A stretch of DNA of 64,000 nt from Blepharisma stoltei ATCC 30299 (taxonomy: Eukaryota > Protista > Ciliophora): positions 62,001 through 126,000 of the forward strand of contig CBFDEM010000040.1 in the NCBI GenBank assembly GCA_965603825.1. The letters are read 5' to 3'. The translations under genes and the position numbers were made by a program. Every line of letters begins with the position of its first letter. The stretch's first letter is position 1. The notes beneath the pieces were generated by a model. It ran no database searches and had not been told where the DNA came from. It worked only from the letters and a program-made list of their open reading frames with translations. This document shows positions 45,673 through 57,275 of the stretch, in pieces.

Positions 45673-48600
45673 ATGTCAACTTGGCAACATTACCGAGCGC
45701 TGTTGTATAAAAACTGGATTTTATGGAAACGAAGGCTTTGTGGCTCACTGTGCGAGTTTCTGTTTCCAATAGCTCTTTTGATAATGCTTGCAATCATTAG
45801 AGAGGCTGTTGGATACACAAAGCATGGGATCAAATCATACCTTGTTGATGAGGAATGAGGAATGACCCTTTCCACAAATAACGTAAACTATTTTGGAACC
45901 TATTTTGAGCCTGCTGTTAAGTTTACAGATTATCCTAAAAACTTTTCAAGCAACTATTATAGACTTTATGATGATAAAAAAGAAAAAGGAAAATGATACA
46001 TCTCATTCGTGAATGAGGCAAAAAATGATTTTACTAAATATTTGATTCAAAACTTGACTAACTGGGTTAATTCTATCAACCCAAACCTTCAATATAATGT
46101 TACTAATTTTAATTCTGAAAATGACTTAGAAGATTACATAAAAAAGAGCGATTATGGTGAAAATGACGGCGATCATCCGATGAAAATATTTTTTGCAGTA
46201 GTTTTTTATAAAACCAACGATTTCCACAACGTAAAATACAGCTTTAGAACAAATGTGACTTTTGCTTATCCTAGTGGAGATAGAAGAGTCGGCGACAACA
46301 TCGAAATTTTTGATTTCCAAAAATATTCAGCTACAGAGACTTTATTGAGAAAACCGATGCCTAAATTTCAGTCTCAATTTTTTGGGACAAATTTTATTCA
46401 TATCATGAACTACATTGATAATCACATCATAAAATACTACTCAGGGTCCCAAAACCCTTATATCGCCGCAGGTTTTGTGCCGATGTACTATGACGAGTAC
46501 GTCTCTGATGATTTCATCACACTGATTGCTAACACCCTTCCCTTTTTCCTTATCATTTCTTATTTAGTCCCAGTCTGCAGAATGATATCTTTAATAGTCC
46601 AAGAAAAAGAATACAAAATTAAAGAAATGATGATGATTATGGGCCTTTCCAATAAAGCGTACTGGCTTTCATGGATTACTTATTATTTCTCAGTCTATAC
46701 CTTAATTGCAGCTGTTGGAGCAATTATTTCGACTAAACTATTTAAATATAGCAATATTGGCGTCATGTTTGTATCATATTGGCTATATGGAATGAGCTGT
46801 TTGGCGTTTAGTGTATTTATAAGCACCTTTTTTTCGAAATCTAGGAGTGCAGTTATGCTGGGATTAATGGCTTTTTTGATTAGTTATTTCATTAGTTTTG
46901 CAGTGACTGATCCTACTCTTGATCAGTCAAGTAAAACTGCGGCTTCGCTGCTTCCTAATGTAGCATTGGCGCTGGGTTGTGATGTTTTGTCGAAATTTGA
47001 GGATGGACAAGCTGGCGTCCAGCCTGATAATACGAGTTCGGTTATTAATAATTATACGTATGGAACTTTTTTGGCATTTATGGTTATTGATACTGTCATT
47101 TTTACAATCCTGGCTGTGTATCTTGATATTGTGTGGCCGACAGAGTGGGGTGTAAAAAGGCCGTGGTATTTTTTATTTACTAAATCATTTTGGTGCTCAA
47201 ATAAGAAAAATGCCCACGAAGAGCTTTTTAGCGAAGAAATTAAATGAGCTGACAACGTTGAGCCAGGAGATGATAACTTAGAAATCCAAAAAGAAAACGG
47301 CCAAGCCCTACTTATTAGAAAGTTTAAAAAGGATTTCGGCAGCAAAACTGTCGTTGAAAATTTAAGCCTTGATATTTACAATGGTCAAATTTTTGCACTT
47401 CTAGGGCACAATGGAGCAGGAAAAACAACTACAATTTCTATGATGTGCGGGCTTATTCCTACTTCCTATGGGGACATGAAAATAAATAACCTGTATTTAT
47501 CGACTGACCTAGCCAAAATAAGAAGGTCACTTGGAGTTTGTCCTCAGCATAATGTATTATATAATGATTTGACACCAGAAGAGCATTTATACCTTTTTTC
47601 CGTCTTTAAAGGGATGAAAGATAAAAAAATAATAAAGGAACAAATTAAAGAAAAACTCACAGAAGTGGATTTAATTTCCAAAAAAAATAGATTATCTAAA
47701 TTCTTGTCAGGTGGGATGAAAAGAAAGCTTTCTTTAGCTATTGCTTTGATAGCAGATTCTCCTATTGTATTATTAGATGAACCTACATCAGGAATGGATT
47801 TAACAGCGAGAAGACAGATGTGGGACATGCTAAAAAACAATAAAGCTAACCGAATCATAATCCTAACAACTCACTATATGGAAGAAGCTGATGTTTTAGC
47901 TGACAGAATTGCAATTATGTCCCATGGCAGCCTTAGATGTCTTGGAAGCTCTCTTTTCTTAAAAAAGCGTTATGGGGTTGGCTACTATTTAACCATAGTT
48001 AAAGAAGTAGGAATTGCAAGTAAATCTCATACTCAAAAAGTAACAGATTTTATTCAATCTTATATCCCTGACGCAACTGCAATGAGTGATGTTCATGCTG
48101 AAATTTCTTTCCAAATCCCTAGCTCAAGCTCTGATAAATTCACAACTTTTTTTGCTGATTTAGACGCAAATCTTAAAGACTTACAGCTGAGGTCTTATGG
48201 GGTTTCTGTAACCACCCTTGAAGAGGTGTTTTTAAGAGTAGCAAGAGGAGATGATGGGGAGATTAATAAAGACAAAGAAAAAGATAAAGAAAAAGACGAA
48301 AATGTGGAGCTTGAAAATGATTTTGTGCTGTCCAGAGACCGATTAAAAGGCTCATTATTTTTTATTCATTTTTTGACGCTGCTAAAGAAAAGGATTTATT
48401 GGACAAAAAGAGATTTTAAAAGCTTGGTCTATGAAATTTTTATACCTATTGTGATGGTTATTGTAGGGCTAGGATTGATGATGATAGCTACTCGTTTTCC
48501 AACTCCAACCAAGCATAAATTGACTGTGGATTCTTATTCAGACCCTCAATATCCTTTATATGACTGGCCTGATAGTGTTTCAGCAGAAATTAAAGGTGAC

Positions 48601-50904
48601 TGAAAAAATTATAAAAATACAGAAAATGCGAATAATAATAGTTTGACTGGATTTGACTGGTATTTGTTTGAGACTAGGGATGACCCTAATCATTATAGAA
48701 TGGGGTCTTATTATTTTAATAGGATGGATGATGATGCAAGACAGTATGAATTTATTGTTTTTCATAACCAGTCAGCATTTCAAGCCACTGCTGTGTGGTA
48801 TAATAATATGTCTAATGAAATTTTAGGAAAATTAAGCACTCCTTGGACTGTGACTGTATATAATTATCCACTTCCTTATACAAAAAAAGTCCTTGGACTT
48901 GGGGCGACTGGGGATGGGTTTATTGCTTCTATTATATTTTCGTTAGGATATAGCTTTATTCCTACAGGAATTGTAGCTTTAGTAGTAAAAGAAAGGGAAA
49001 ATAACGTAAAACATCAACATATGATAAGCGGAGTTTCAAGATTTTCTTATTGGTGCGCTAATTTTGTATGGGATTCAGTTAAGCATTTAGTCCCTGCCAT
49101 TGTAAGTGCATTAATGGTATTAGCATTTGGCGTTGAAATATTGACTGATCCTTCTGACAACTATGGAGCAGTTTGAATTTTGATGCTTTTATATGGGATT
49201 TCTATTGCCCCATTTACATATTTTACCAGCTTTTTCTTCAAAAATTACCCAACTGCCCAAATTATGACGATTTTATTCAATGTAGTGGCTGGAGGAATTT
49301 TCCCAGCAGTTATTTTGATTCTTTATATTTTTGATACGACTAGAGAAATTGGACGAGTTTTGAGGTGAATTTTTAGACTTTTCCCAGCGTTTTCGTTTGG
49401 GAATGGGCTGATGGATATTGGGAGTGTCAGTTTGTATTCGACGCTCGATGATGCTGGATATACTTATAATGTTTTTGAGATAGAATCTGCTGGAGCTGAT
49501 ATGCTTATGATAGGAGTTATGATCCCAGTGTATTTATTTTTAGTATATGTCCAAGAATATTTAGAAACCCATCCAAAACTGCTACAAAAATTCTGAAAAA
49601 CTCCCCATGTAGCTCCTACTGCCTATGAAATGGACGATGATGTTGAAAAAGAAGCGAAAGCAGCAAATACAATCAGCCCAAAAGACGCTCAAGTTAACGT
49701 CAGAGGAGTCAGAAAAGTATACAGGCAAGGCCTCGGCGCTGCATTTGCTGCAGTCGAAGATGTAAGCTTCAGCGTAAATGAGCAAGAGTGTTTTGCCTTT
49801 CTCGGGGTAAATGGTGCAGGAAAGACTACAACTTTCAAAATGCTGACTGGAGAAATCGCTCCTACTGAAGGAGAAGCCTTTATATGTGGCCATAGTGTTG
49901 TAAAAGATCTAGAAAGGGCTAGAGATTTAATTGGGTATTGTCCTCAGTTTGACGCCATTTCAGAATTATTAACAGCAAGGGAGCATTTAAGGCTATATTC
50001 AGATATCAAAGGAATTCCAAAGGACAGAAAAGAAGCACTAGTAGAAGAAATGCTTGACCAAATGGATCTAAGGCAATATGCTGACCAGCAAGCTGGCACC
50101 TATTCTGGAGGCAACAAACGAAAACTTTCAGTCGCAATGGCACTTATAGGAAACCCTACCGTCGTATTTCTTGACGAACCGTCTGCAGGGATGGACCCAG
50201 AAACTAGGAAAAAAATGTGGAAAGTAATAGGAAACCTCAAGCGAAAAAATTCTTCAGTCATTTTGACAACCCACTCTATGGAAGAAGCTGAAGCATTATC
50301 TGACCGCATGACAATTATGGTCGCTGGCAGGCTAAGATGCCTTGGAACTGCTACTTGGATAAAAAGTAAATATGGAGACCGTTATGAATTTGAAGCCAAA
50401 GTTCAAGTCCCCTCTCATTTTGAAGTCACCGATAGAGGGACTATTTTAGACCGCCTCCTTATGGGTGAGCAAACCATTAAAAATGATCAAATCCAACAAT
50501 GCTTAGAATTGCTGAACGCCAGCTCATTTTTTAATGAAATTCAAGAAAAAGGGGCAGGGTCTTCGCTATTCCAACAGCTTAAAAATGATGGGACAGTACA
50601 AAGAGATTCTTTAGTATCCTGGGTAATTATTGAAGAAATGGGTGACAAAATTTATGAGTGGCTTAAAAGTGAGTTTAGCAAGGTAGAAATAATGGAACAT
50701 TTTTCGTCACTTTTTAAGTTTAAAATTGCCAAAGAAAATGAAAAATCAATTGGTTACTTGTTTTCAGCTGTAGAGACGAATAAAGAAGTACTGAAAATAT
50801 CGGAGTATGCGCTCTCACAAAGCTCGCTGGAACAGATTTTTAATGATTTTGCAAGGAAAGGGGAAGCAGAGCAGGCTGGTGTGGTGAGAAGATACCAAGA
50901 ATAA
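45673..50904 (+). CDS. Full-length ABC transporter subfamily A (~1743 aa)
   Basis: LLYKNWILWKRR N-terminus and two TMD+NBD halves (GHNGAGKTT/LSGGMKRKL/LDEPTSG; GVNGAGKTT/YSGGNKRKL/LDEPSAG). Seven TGAs (45856, 45994, 47245, 48601, 49174, 49366, 49594). Confidence 0.95.
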
Positions 50905-50920
50905 AAATAATTTAAAAATC

Positions 50921-51120
50921 ATGGGAAATGAGATATTTTAAGTAATTATTAAAAATCAGTTAGAATTCAATATTAAATATTGGAGAAAGCTGATAAATGG
51001 CTTAAGAGTAAGCTTAGTGAGCGTGAAATAATGAAAGATTTTGTCACTTCTTAAGTTTAAAATCGCCCAAAAAATGAGAAAATCAGTTAAATACTTATTT
51101 CAGCTGTAACTATAAATAAA
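50921..51120 (+). pseudogene. Decayed duplicate of the 3' part of the ABCA gene
   Basis: tggcttaagagtaag..gaaataatgaaagattttgtcacttcttaagtttaaaatcgcc..tacttatttcagctgta matches 50659-50773 with frameshifts. Confidence 0.8.
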
Positions 51121-51185
51121 AATATCTAAAAATGTTAAATACACAATAAAAATAGGAAAATTGCATTTTAATCAATATTTACTAT

Positions 51186-53078
51186 ATGGAAGAGAACCAA
51201 GCCATACAAGATGAAATACAAGCACTAGAAGAGCACCTTGAAGGGGTCAGAAAACGTGTTGGGCTGAGCTCAAGCCGTGAAGATGCATCTCTTGACCCTG
51301 CTGAAAGTCTAGAAGATATTGCAAAATCTCAATTTTTTAAGCGTTTTGAGAAGGATTCTTCAAATTTAATAGAAAAGGGTTATAAGGCATCAGGAAGGTA
51401 TGACCGAGATGTCAGTGAGCTAGCCCACAGCAAAGAAACAATGGAAGAGCATATAGAAAGACGAGAGGAACCCCTTATAGAAGAAGAAAATTCTACCCCA
51501 AGAAGCAGTTTAAACCATTCCTCAAGATCTCGGCAATATGAATCTTTGGATTCCCGAGAAATTGAAGGGATTTCTCAGCATCTGAGCAATTCTCCTGAAG
51601 AACACAGGTTCTCGGCTGAAGATTATTTAAGACCTTCACTATCAAATCCATTTATCCCTCCACAAGCTCAAATGGTGCATGGGATGCAACAACCAGAAAT
51701 CCCTGCTGTGCAGATGCAGAATCCACTTATGCCTATGATGCAAGGGATGATGCCGCCTGGAGCTCCTTCTTATCCTTATCCTTATTATCCTATGTATTAT
51801 CCACCTCCTCCAATGCCAAATAATGACTTAGCATATCGCCAACAAATAGAATCCTTACAAGCACAAATAAATGGCCAATCACAATATATTCAAAATTTAT
51901 TAGCAAGGCACCAGGACGAAATAGAAACATTAAAAAGAAATTACCAAGAAAATTTAGCGGGAAAAGATAAGAAAATTTCTCAATTATCAAAAACTATTGA
52001 AAGTGATAAATTGTATATTAGTGAATTAGAAGAGCAGAGTAGAAATTCTGGGGACAAAAATATTAATGATTATTCAGATTTTAAAGAAAAAATTGAAGCT
52101 CTAGAAAATTTGAATGAAAAGTTGAAAAATCAGCTGGAAATAGAAAGAGAAAAAAAAGTCCAAGAAAAGTCAGGAAATTTTGAAAATGATTATGTAGGGT
52201 TGAAGCAGAAAAATGTGGAGCTTAATAAAGAATTGTCATTAGAGCAAGCTAAATATGATAATTTGTTAGACAGATTTAATGCAAATAAATCAAAATTAGC
52301 AATTTTACAAAAAGAGCTTGAAAAATCTGATGAAAAAATCCTGCACCTGCAAAATGAATTATTGGAAGCAAAAAACTTAATAGCAGGTGCTTCAAAGCAA
52401 AAAAACCAAGAAACAGAACGGCTTAAGAGAGAAGTTGTTTACCTTACAAAAACCTTAGAAAACCTTAATAAAAGACCAGAACCAGGCGAAATCAGCAAAC
52501 TAAGACAGCAGCTATTAGAGTCTCAAAGAGAAATAGAAGAACTAAAAGAGCTGCTGATGCCTAAAGAATCAAGGCATTATCAGCATCCTCATGACGATTA
52601 TGAAGAATATCAAGATGAGTACAAAATCCCTGACAAAAGATACGAAGAAAGCTCTCCTTACTACGAAGAAAACTACAGTCCTAGCCAGCATAGGATTTCA
52701 AATGCACAGCCAAGAGAGCAGCCAAGTCAGCCTCGGATATCAGAGCGGCCTTCAGGAAGACGCCGTGGCTCAAAATCTAATATTTCCACTCATGTAGGGA
52801 ATGTATTGAATTGGGAAAATCAGCTAGATGAGCCATCCTTAAAAGAATCACCAGTCACAAAATCGATTTTAGACCCAATTTTAGAAATAGAAAACACACT
52901 AATGAACTTACAATTAGACAAACAGCGCCTGGAATCAGAATATTCAAAGCTGCCAGCTCATTCAAAAAGTAGAGCTAGTAAGCTTAGAAGAGATCAAATT
53001 GAAGAAGAGCTGAGCGTGGTTGACAGAAATATCAGCAACCTAAAAAGCAAACTGCGAGGTATGCATGCTTTGCGTTAA
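51186..53078 (+). CDS. Coiled-coil protein with MPHOSPH9-like C-terminal domain (630 aa)
   Basis: P/Y/M-rich patch, long coiled coil, and C-terminal LEIENTLMNLQLDKQRLESEYSKLP...EEELSVVDRNISNLKSKLRGMHAL. Confidence 0.75.
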   Translation: MEENQAIQDEIQALEEHLEGVRKRVGLSSSREDASLDPAESLEDIAKSQFFKRFEKDSSNLIEKGYKASGRYDRDVSELAHSKETMEEHIERREEPLIEEENSTPRSSLNHSSRSRQYESLDSREIEGISQHLSNSPEEHRFSAEDYLRPSLSNPFIPPQAQMVHGMQQPEIPAVQMQNPLMPMMQGMMPPGAPSYPYPYYPMYYPPPPMPNNDLAYRQQIESLQAQINGQSQYIQNLLARHQDEIETLKRNYQENLAGKDKKISQLSKTIESDKLYISELEEQSRNSGDKNINDYSDFKEKIEALENLNEKLKNQLEIEREKKVQEKSGNFENDYVGLKQKNVELNKELSLEQAKYDNLLDRFNANKSKLAILQKELEKSDEKILHLQNELLEAKNLIAGASKQKNQETERLKREVVYLTKTLENLNKRPEPGEISKLRQQLLESQREIEELKELLMPKESRHYQHPHDDYEEYQDEYKIPDKRYEESSPYYEENYSPSQHRISNAQPREQPSQPRISERPSGRRRGSKSNISTHVGNVLNWENQLDEPSLKESPVTKSILDPILEIENTLMNLQLDKQRLESEYSKLPAHSKSRASKLRRDQIEEELSVVDRNISNLKSKLRGMHALR

Positions 53079-53111
53079 AATAATAATATATTTAATAACA
53101 ATAATTATCTA

Positions 53112-54284
53112 CTAACTCTTGACACTTTCTGTCGCTCTTGTTGATGCCAACTCACTTGCTACAGTATCTTTAATTTCAATATCTTTTAGCTCATGCAAAT
53201 GTTCATAATTAAGCCAAGGTTCTACAATTTCAGTCAAAGCAAGCCAAGGCGCTTCGAGTATTTCTTTGCATGAAGGCCTATGATTAGGGTCTTTCTGTAT
53301 CATCATTCTTATTAACTCTTGAGCTGTAGGTGATACATATTCAGGGATCTGAAAATTGGCTGACATTATTTTTTTGTAAAGATCTCGGTCATTTGCACCT
53401 TTGAATGGGAAAAATCCACAGAGCATCACGAATAAAAGAACACCTAAAGCCCATATGTCAACTGGATTTCCAATGTAATCTTTGTTAGACAAGATTTCGG
53501 GCGCCATATAGCTAGGGGTTCCACAGAAAAGACGTGTGGTTTTGGTGCTAGCCATACAGGTAGCAAAGCCGAAATCGATGATTTTTACATTTTGGTCTTT
53601 ATCTAACAGGATATTTTCTAATTTAATATCTCTATGGGTAATATTTTTTGAATGGCAGTATTCAATTCCTTGCACTATTTGCTGGAAGAATTTTTTTGCT
53701 TCAAGATCATCTAATTTTCTTGAAGCCTTTTTATATAAATATCCATGCAATGAGCTTGGCCCAACATATTCCATAACTAAATTTACTTGTTTAGGCCCAT
53801 CTAAAGCTTCAATAAGTTTGATTGTATAAGGATGGTCAAGTCTTTGTAATATTGAAATTTCTCGTTTTACACCAGTTTTCCGTCTGACGTCAGTAAGTTT
53901 TGATTTTTCATATGTTTTGACTGCAAATTGGCTTTTAGACTGCCGATGTGTGGCCAATCTTACTATTGCATAAGCACCCTGACCAAGCTGTCGGCCAAAA
54001 ACATAATGCTCAATTTTAGACTGGGTTTTCTTTTCTTCAGGGTTTGCAGGGGTTTCTGAGTCTGGTCTTCTAATATCGTCAAGTTTTAAGGTAGCAGTAC
54101 GAGGTCGGGATTGTATTTTCGCTGTCAGTTGTGGGTGTACAGATGAGGTTTTCACTGTATTTGATCTTATTGGAGTTTTAATAGGACTTATGGTAGCACT
54201 TAAATTAGCCGAAGGAGGAAGTGGTGTTTTAGAAATAATATGACTTGCTGGCTTAGGTTTTGAAATTAGAGCTCGTGGTTTCAT
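53112..54284 (-). CDS. CAMK-group Ser/Thr kinase (SNF1/MARK-like)
   Basis: GQGAYA, AVK, HRDIKLEN, DFG and FCGTPSYMAPE are all intact. Confidence 0.93.
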   Translation of the reverse strand: MKPRALISKPKPASHIISKTPLPPSANLSATISPIKTPIRSNTVKTSSVHPQLTAKIQSRPRTATLKLDDIRRPDSETPANPEEKKTQSKIEHYVFGRQLGQGAYAIVRLATHRQSKSQFAVKTYEKSKLTDVRRKTGVKREISILQRLDHPYTIKLIEALDGPKQVNLVMEYVGPSSLHGYLYKKASRKLDDLEAKKFFQQIVQGIEYCHSKNITHRDIKLENILLDKDQNVKIIDFGFATCMASTKTTRLFCGTPSYMAPEILSNKDYIGNPVDIWALGVLLFVMLCGFFPFKGANDRDLYKKIMSANFQIPEYVSPTAQELIRMMIQKDPNHRPSCKEILEAPWLALTEIVEPWLNYEHLHELKDIEIKDTVASELASTRATESVKS

Positions 54285-54716
54285 ATTATGCCGATTTCAT
54301 GATTTTTTTGATAAACATCTAACGATAATTTAATTCTTATTTTTTGATGAAAAATAATTTCTTGATGGAAATTTAGGATTATTATGGAATTGTTAATTAT
54401 TTATTGTAATTTTATAAGAAATTTTCTTGTTTAATAAAATATTTTTAATCATTTTCTGAGAAAATCAAAAGGTTCTGTAACTGTTTATAATTTAGAAAAT
54501 ATTGCTCATAATGGTTTACAATGATATTTGACCTTATTTAGTGTTCTCACATCTTTTATATTATTAAAATAGTTTATTTATTATTTTACTTCTGCTTATT
54601 TTTACAATAGAAAATAGTCCCTTCTATTTTATTTAATAATTTGATAAAATGCAAAGTAAATCATATAAATTAACATAAAATATTTTTTAATAAATACTTC
54701 TGCTATCTAAAAAAAT

Positions 54717-55538
54717 ATGAGAACAACATGGCTAGTTAACGAAAACAAAGCCTATCCCTGGGACCAAACCCCAATATTCAGAGAGCCCACCCAACAATTC
54801 AAGCCTACCAAAAAACTATTTGAAAAAGTGTTTGAATCCACAATTTTCACAAAAAATAATACAAACGAAACAAAGCATCGCATAAGATCTTTTTCTCCTC
54901 AGCGGCAAGAAGAAAACTCCCAAAGCTGAAGGGTCATAAATTTAGACAATTCTTTTCAATCCAGAGTGTACAAGCCAAGAATACAAAGAAAAATCAATAA
55001 TACTTCTCTTGACAGTGATTTAATGCCAAAAGTGTCAGATAAAAGCATGAGAACGAAAAGTCCTAGATGGAGCTATGATTTTTCTACTACAATACCAGAC
55101 TTAATTGATAAGTCTGATACAGCAAGCGTAAACTCTATTAGAACTGTTAGTAAAGAAGGGAGAACAATATACAAAAACGCAGGCAGCGAAAACAACCCAC
55201 TTAATAGCAGCCTAAACGATATTTACAAAGAAAGAAACTTATATTCTCCTACACAGTCTCACACCAGTCGAAAAAAGCCAATTAATATCAAAACATTAAA
55301 GCCAAAAGGCACAGAAACAAATGACAGCTATGATATAATAAAAAATTCTCCTACAAAACCACCAATTCCTAATGCAAGAAGTAAAATAAAAAGAAACACA
55401 ATGACTACTTTTGAAGCTGAAATGCTGAACGGGTCTCGAGAAAGCTCCCCAAGAAAAGCAAGAGCTCCATCCCCAGGCCGTGAGCAGTGGAGAAGTACTA
55501 TGGACATTATAAAAGATGCCTTTGCAAAAATTAAATAA
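54717..55538 (+). CDS. Hypothetical basic Ser/Thr-rich protein
   Basis: Two ORFs joined in frame by TGA 54927; TAA at 55538. Confidence 0.7.
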
Positions 55539-55543
55539 ATTAT

Positions 55544-56473
55544 TTATTTTAAGATTTTATTTTTATACCTTTTTAGGAGTTTATGAATCTTAGCATTATG
55601 CTTTCTTACGTCTGCTAAAGAAGTATGCCTGCCTTTATAGACAATTTCGAGGCCATCTTCTATTTTATTTCCTCTTTGAAAACATTCGTGCAGCTTTTCT
55701 ACTATATTTCCTTCACCAATTTCCCCACTTTTTAGAGCATTAGAGAAGTTTGTCATTTTTTCTGAATAATTTTTTTCCATCAGTTTTTCTCTTTCTTCTT
55801 TGCTGTTTTTTTGTAATGTATTGGCAATTTTTACAGCATCATCACAGGTTTTTATAATTAAATCAATTGTTTCGCATTTTGGATTTTTAATTATTCTTTT
55901 TGTTTTGGCGACAGGTGTTTTTGGAAAGAAATCTTTATGTCGCTTTATTAGTCTTTCTTTTTCAAACCCACTTGTCCGCTTTCCATATGCAAACTCTTGT
56001 GTCCGATTGAATAAATTGTCTGTGCTATTTGCTGCTTTTTCTATTTTATTCTTTTCTATAAGCAGAGGACTTGCAGATTCTAAATCTTTTACGAATAGTT
56101 TTCGGCTCATATAATTATAATATACAGCAGGATCTCCACATGCAGCTTGTATGATTTTGCTTCTTTCAGCAGGAAGCATTGCTTTCATAACTGGTGAATT
56201 GATCTGAGTTTTACCAAAAATCTTTGAAGCTGTATGCACTATTCTATCAGAATTTAAATTAAAAGTCTTTTTCTTTCCAAATATACTTCTTTTGGGTTCT
56301 TTATTTATAATTCTATCAGTGATTGCAGCTGCTTCATGTGGCGATTCAGATGCAAACTTATCAATTTCTTTGTTTCTTGCTGTTAAAAATTGAACAGGAG
56401 AGTGTGGAGGAGAAGATTCACAGGTACTTCCAAGTTCCAGCTTTAGCTGAAATGGCCTTTTCTTTTTTTGCAT
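55544..56473 (-). CDS. Hypothetical basic protein (309 aa)
   Basis: Uninterrupted ATG..TAA ORF with an AT-rich leader. Confidence 0.7.
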   Translation of the reverse strand: MQKKKRPFQLKLELGSTCESSPPHSPVQFLTARNKEIDKFASESPHEAAAITDRIINKEPKRSIFGKKKTFNLNSDRIVHTASKIFGKTQINSPVMKAMLPAERSKIIQAACGDPAVYYNYMSRKLFVKDLESASPLLIEKNKIEKAANSTDNLFNRTQEFAYGKRTSGFEKERLIKRHKDFFPKTPVAKTKRIIKNPKCETIDLIIKTCDDAVKIANTLQKNSKEEREKLMEKNYSEKMTNFSNALKSGEIGEGNIVEKLHECFQRGNKIEDGLEIVYKGRHTSLADVRKHNAKIHKLLKRYKNKILK

Positions 56474-57275
56474 TTTTATTAAATTTTTAAATTACACAGA
56501 TTTATTAAGGAAATAATCAATAAATCTTATAGATCTATTTCACTTTAGATTTTATATGAAATAACGATTCTAAATCTATGACTACTAAAAAATAAAAAAA
56601 TAATTGAATATGGCATATTTGTATCAAGCTTAAAAGATCGGTATTAGAATATTCATGTCACTCATAAAATAATCTCTCTAGTGTCAATGCTAATTTTTAT
56701 AAATAGCTTAATTTTAATTTCTGTTAGAGCGCAATGTAATATTAGGCTATAAATTTTTTTTACAATCAGGTACTTTATCTATGTCTGTTGCCACATAATT
56801 CTACGTATTTGTTTTAATTTGCAACACTTGCTGGTCTCGAACTCTTAAGCTAAATAAATCCTGAATAAAGAAAACCCAGTCTAAAACTGAGCATTATGCT
56901 TAGATCTACTTTTTGACCAATAAAGTAACTGATATCCTCTATAAATAGCGATATCAGATATATTTTAAGGGAAAAAAAATTGTTAAAGAGATGAATTGTT
57001 TTTATTTTTGTAGATATATAATTCCATTTAAATTAAAACCACTGATTTATGATTTTTCAAATTAATTGTTTAATAGATACAATAAAGATAAGAGATAGTT
57101 TTCCTTTTAAAGTTATAATGAGGTTCACTTTATAAAAGGATGATGGCGATGAAATTATTGGATGCTTGTGGAATCATTTATTATTTTGGTGCGATTCTTT
57201 GAACTTTTAACAAAAATTACTTAAATACCAGATTTTAATCATTTTATTTTTAAATATTCCTTACGATTACACATT

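Noticed and set aside
4398-53078. A dedicated centriole/cilium gene cluster (TOG, CEP131-like, tubulin, MPHOSPH9-like)
   Set aside because: These genes are interspersed with unrelated housekeeping genes, and cytoskeletal genes are abundant in ciliates, so enrichment cannot be shown.
56821-56900. tRNA-Sec or tRNA-Trp(UCA) gene
   Set aside because: A D-arm-like hairpin and a TTCGA word are present, but the anticodon, T and acceptor stems do not pair.
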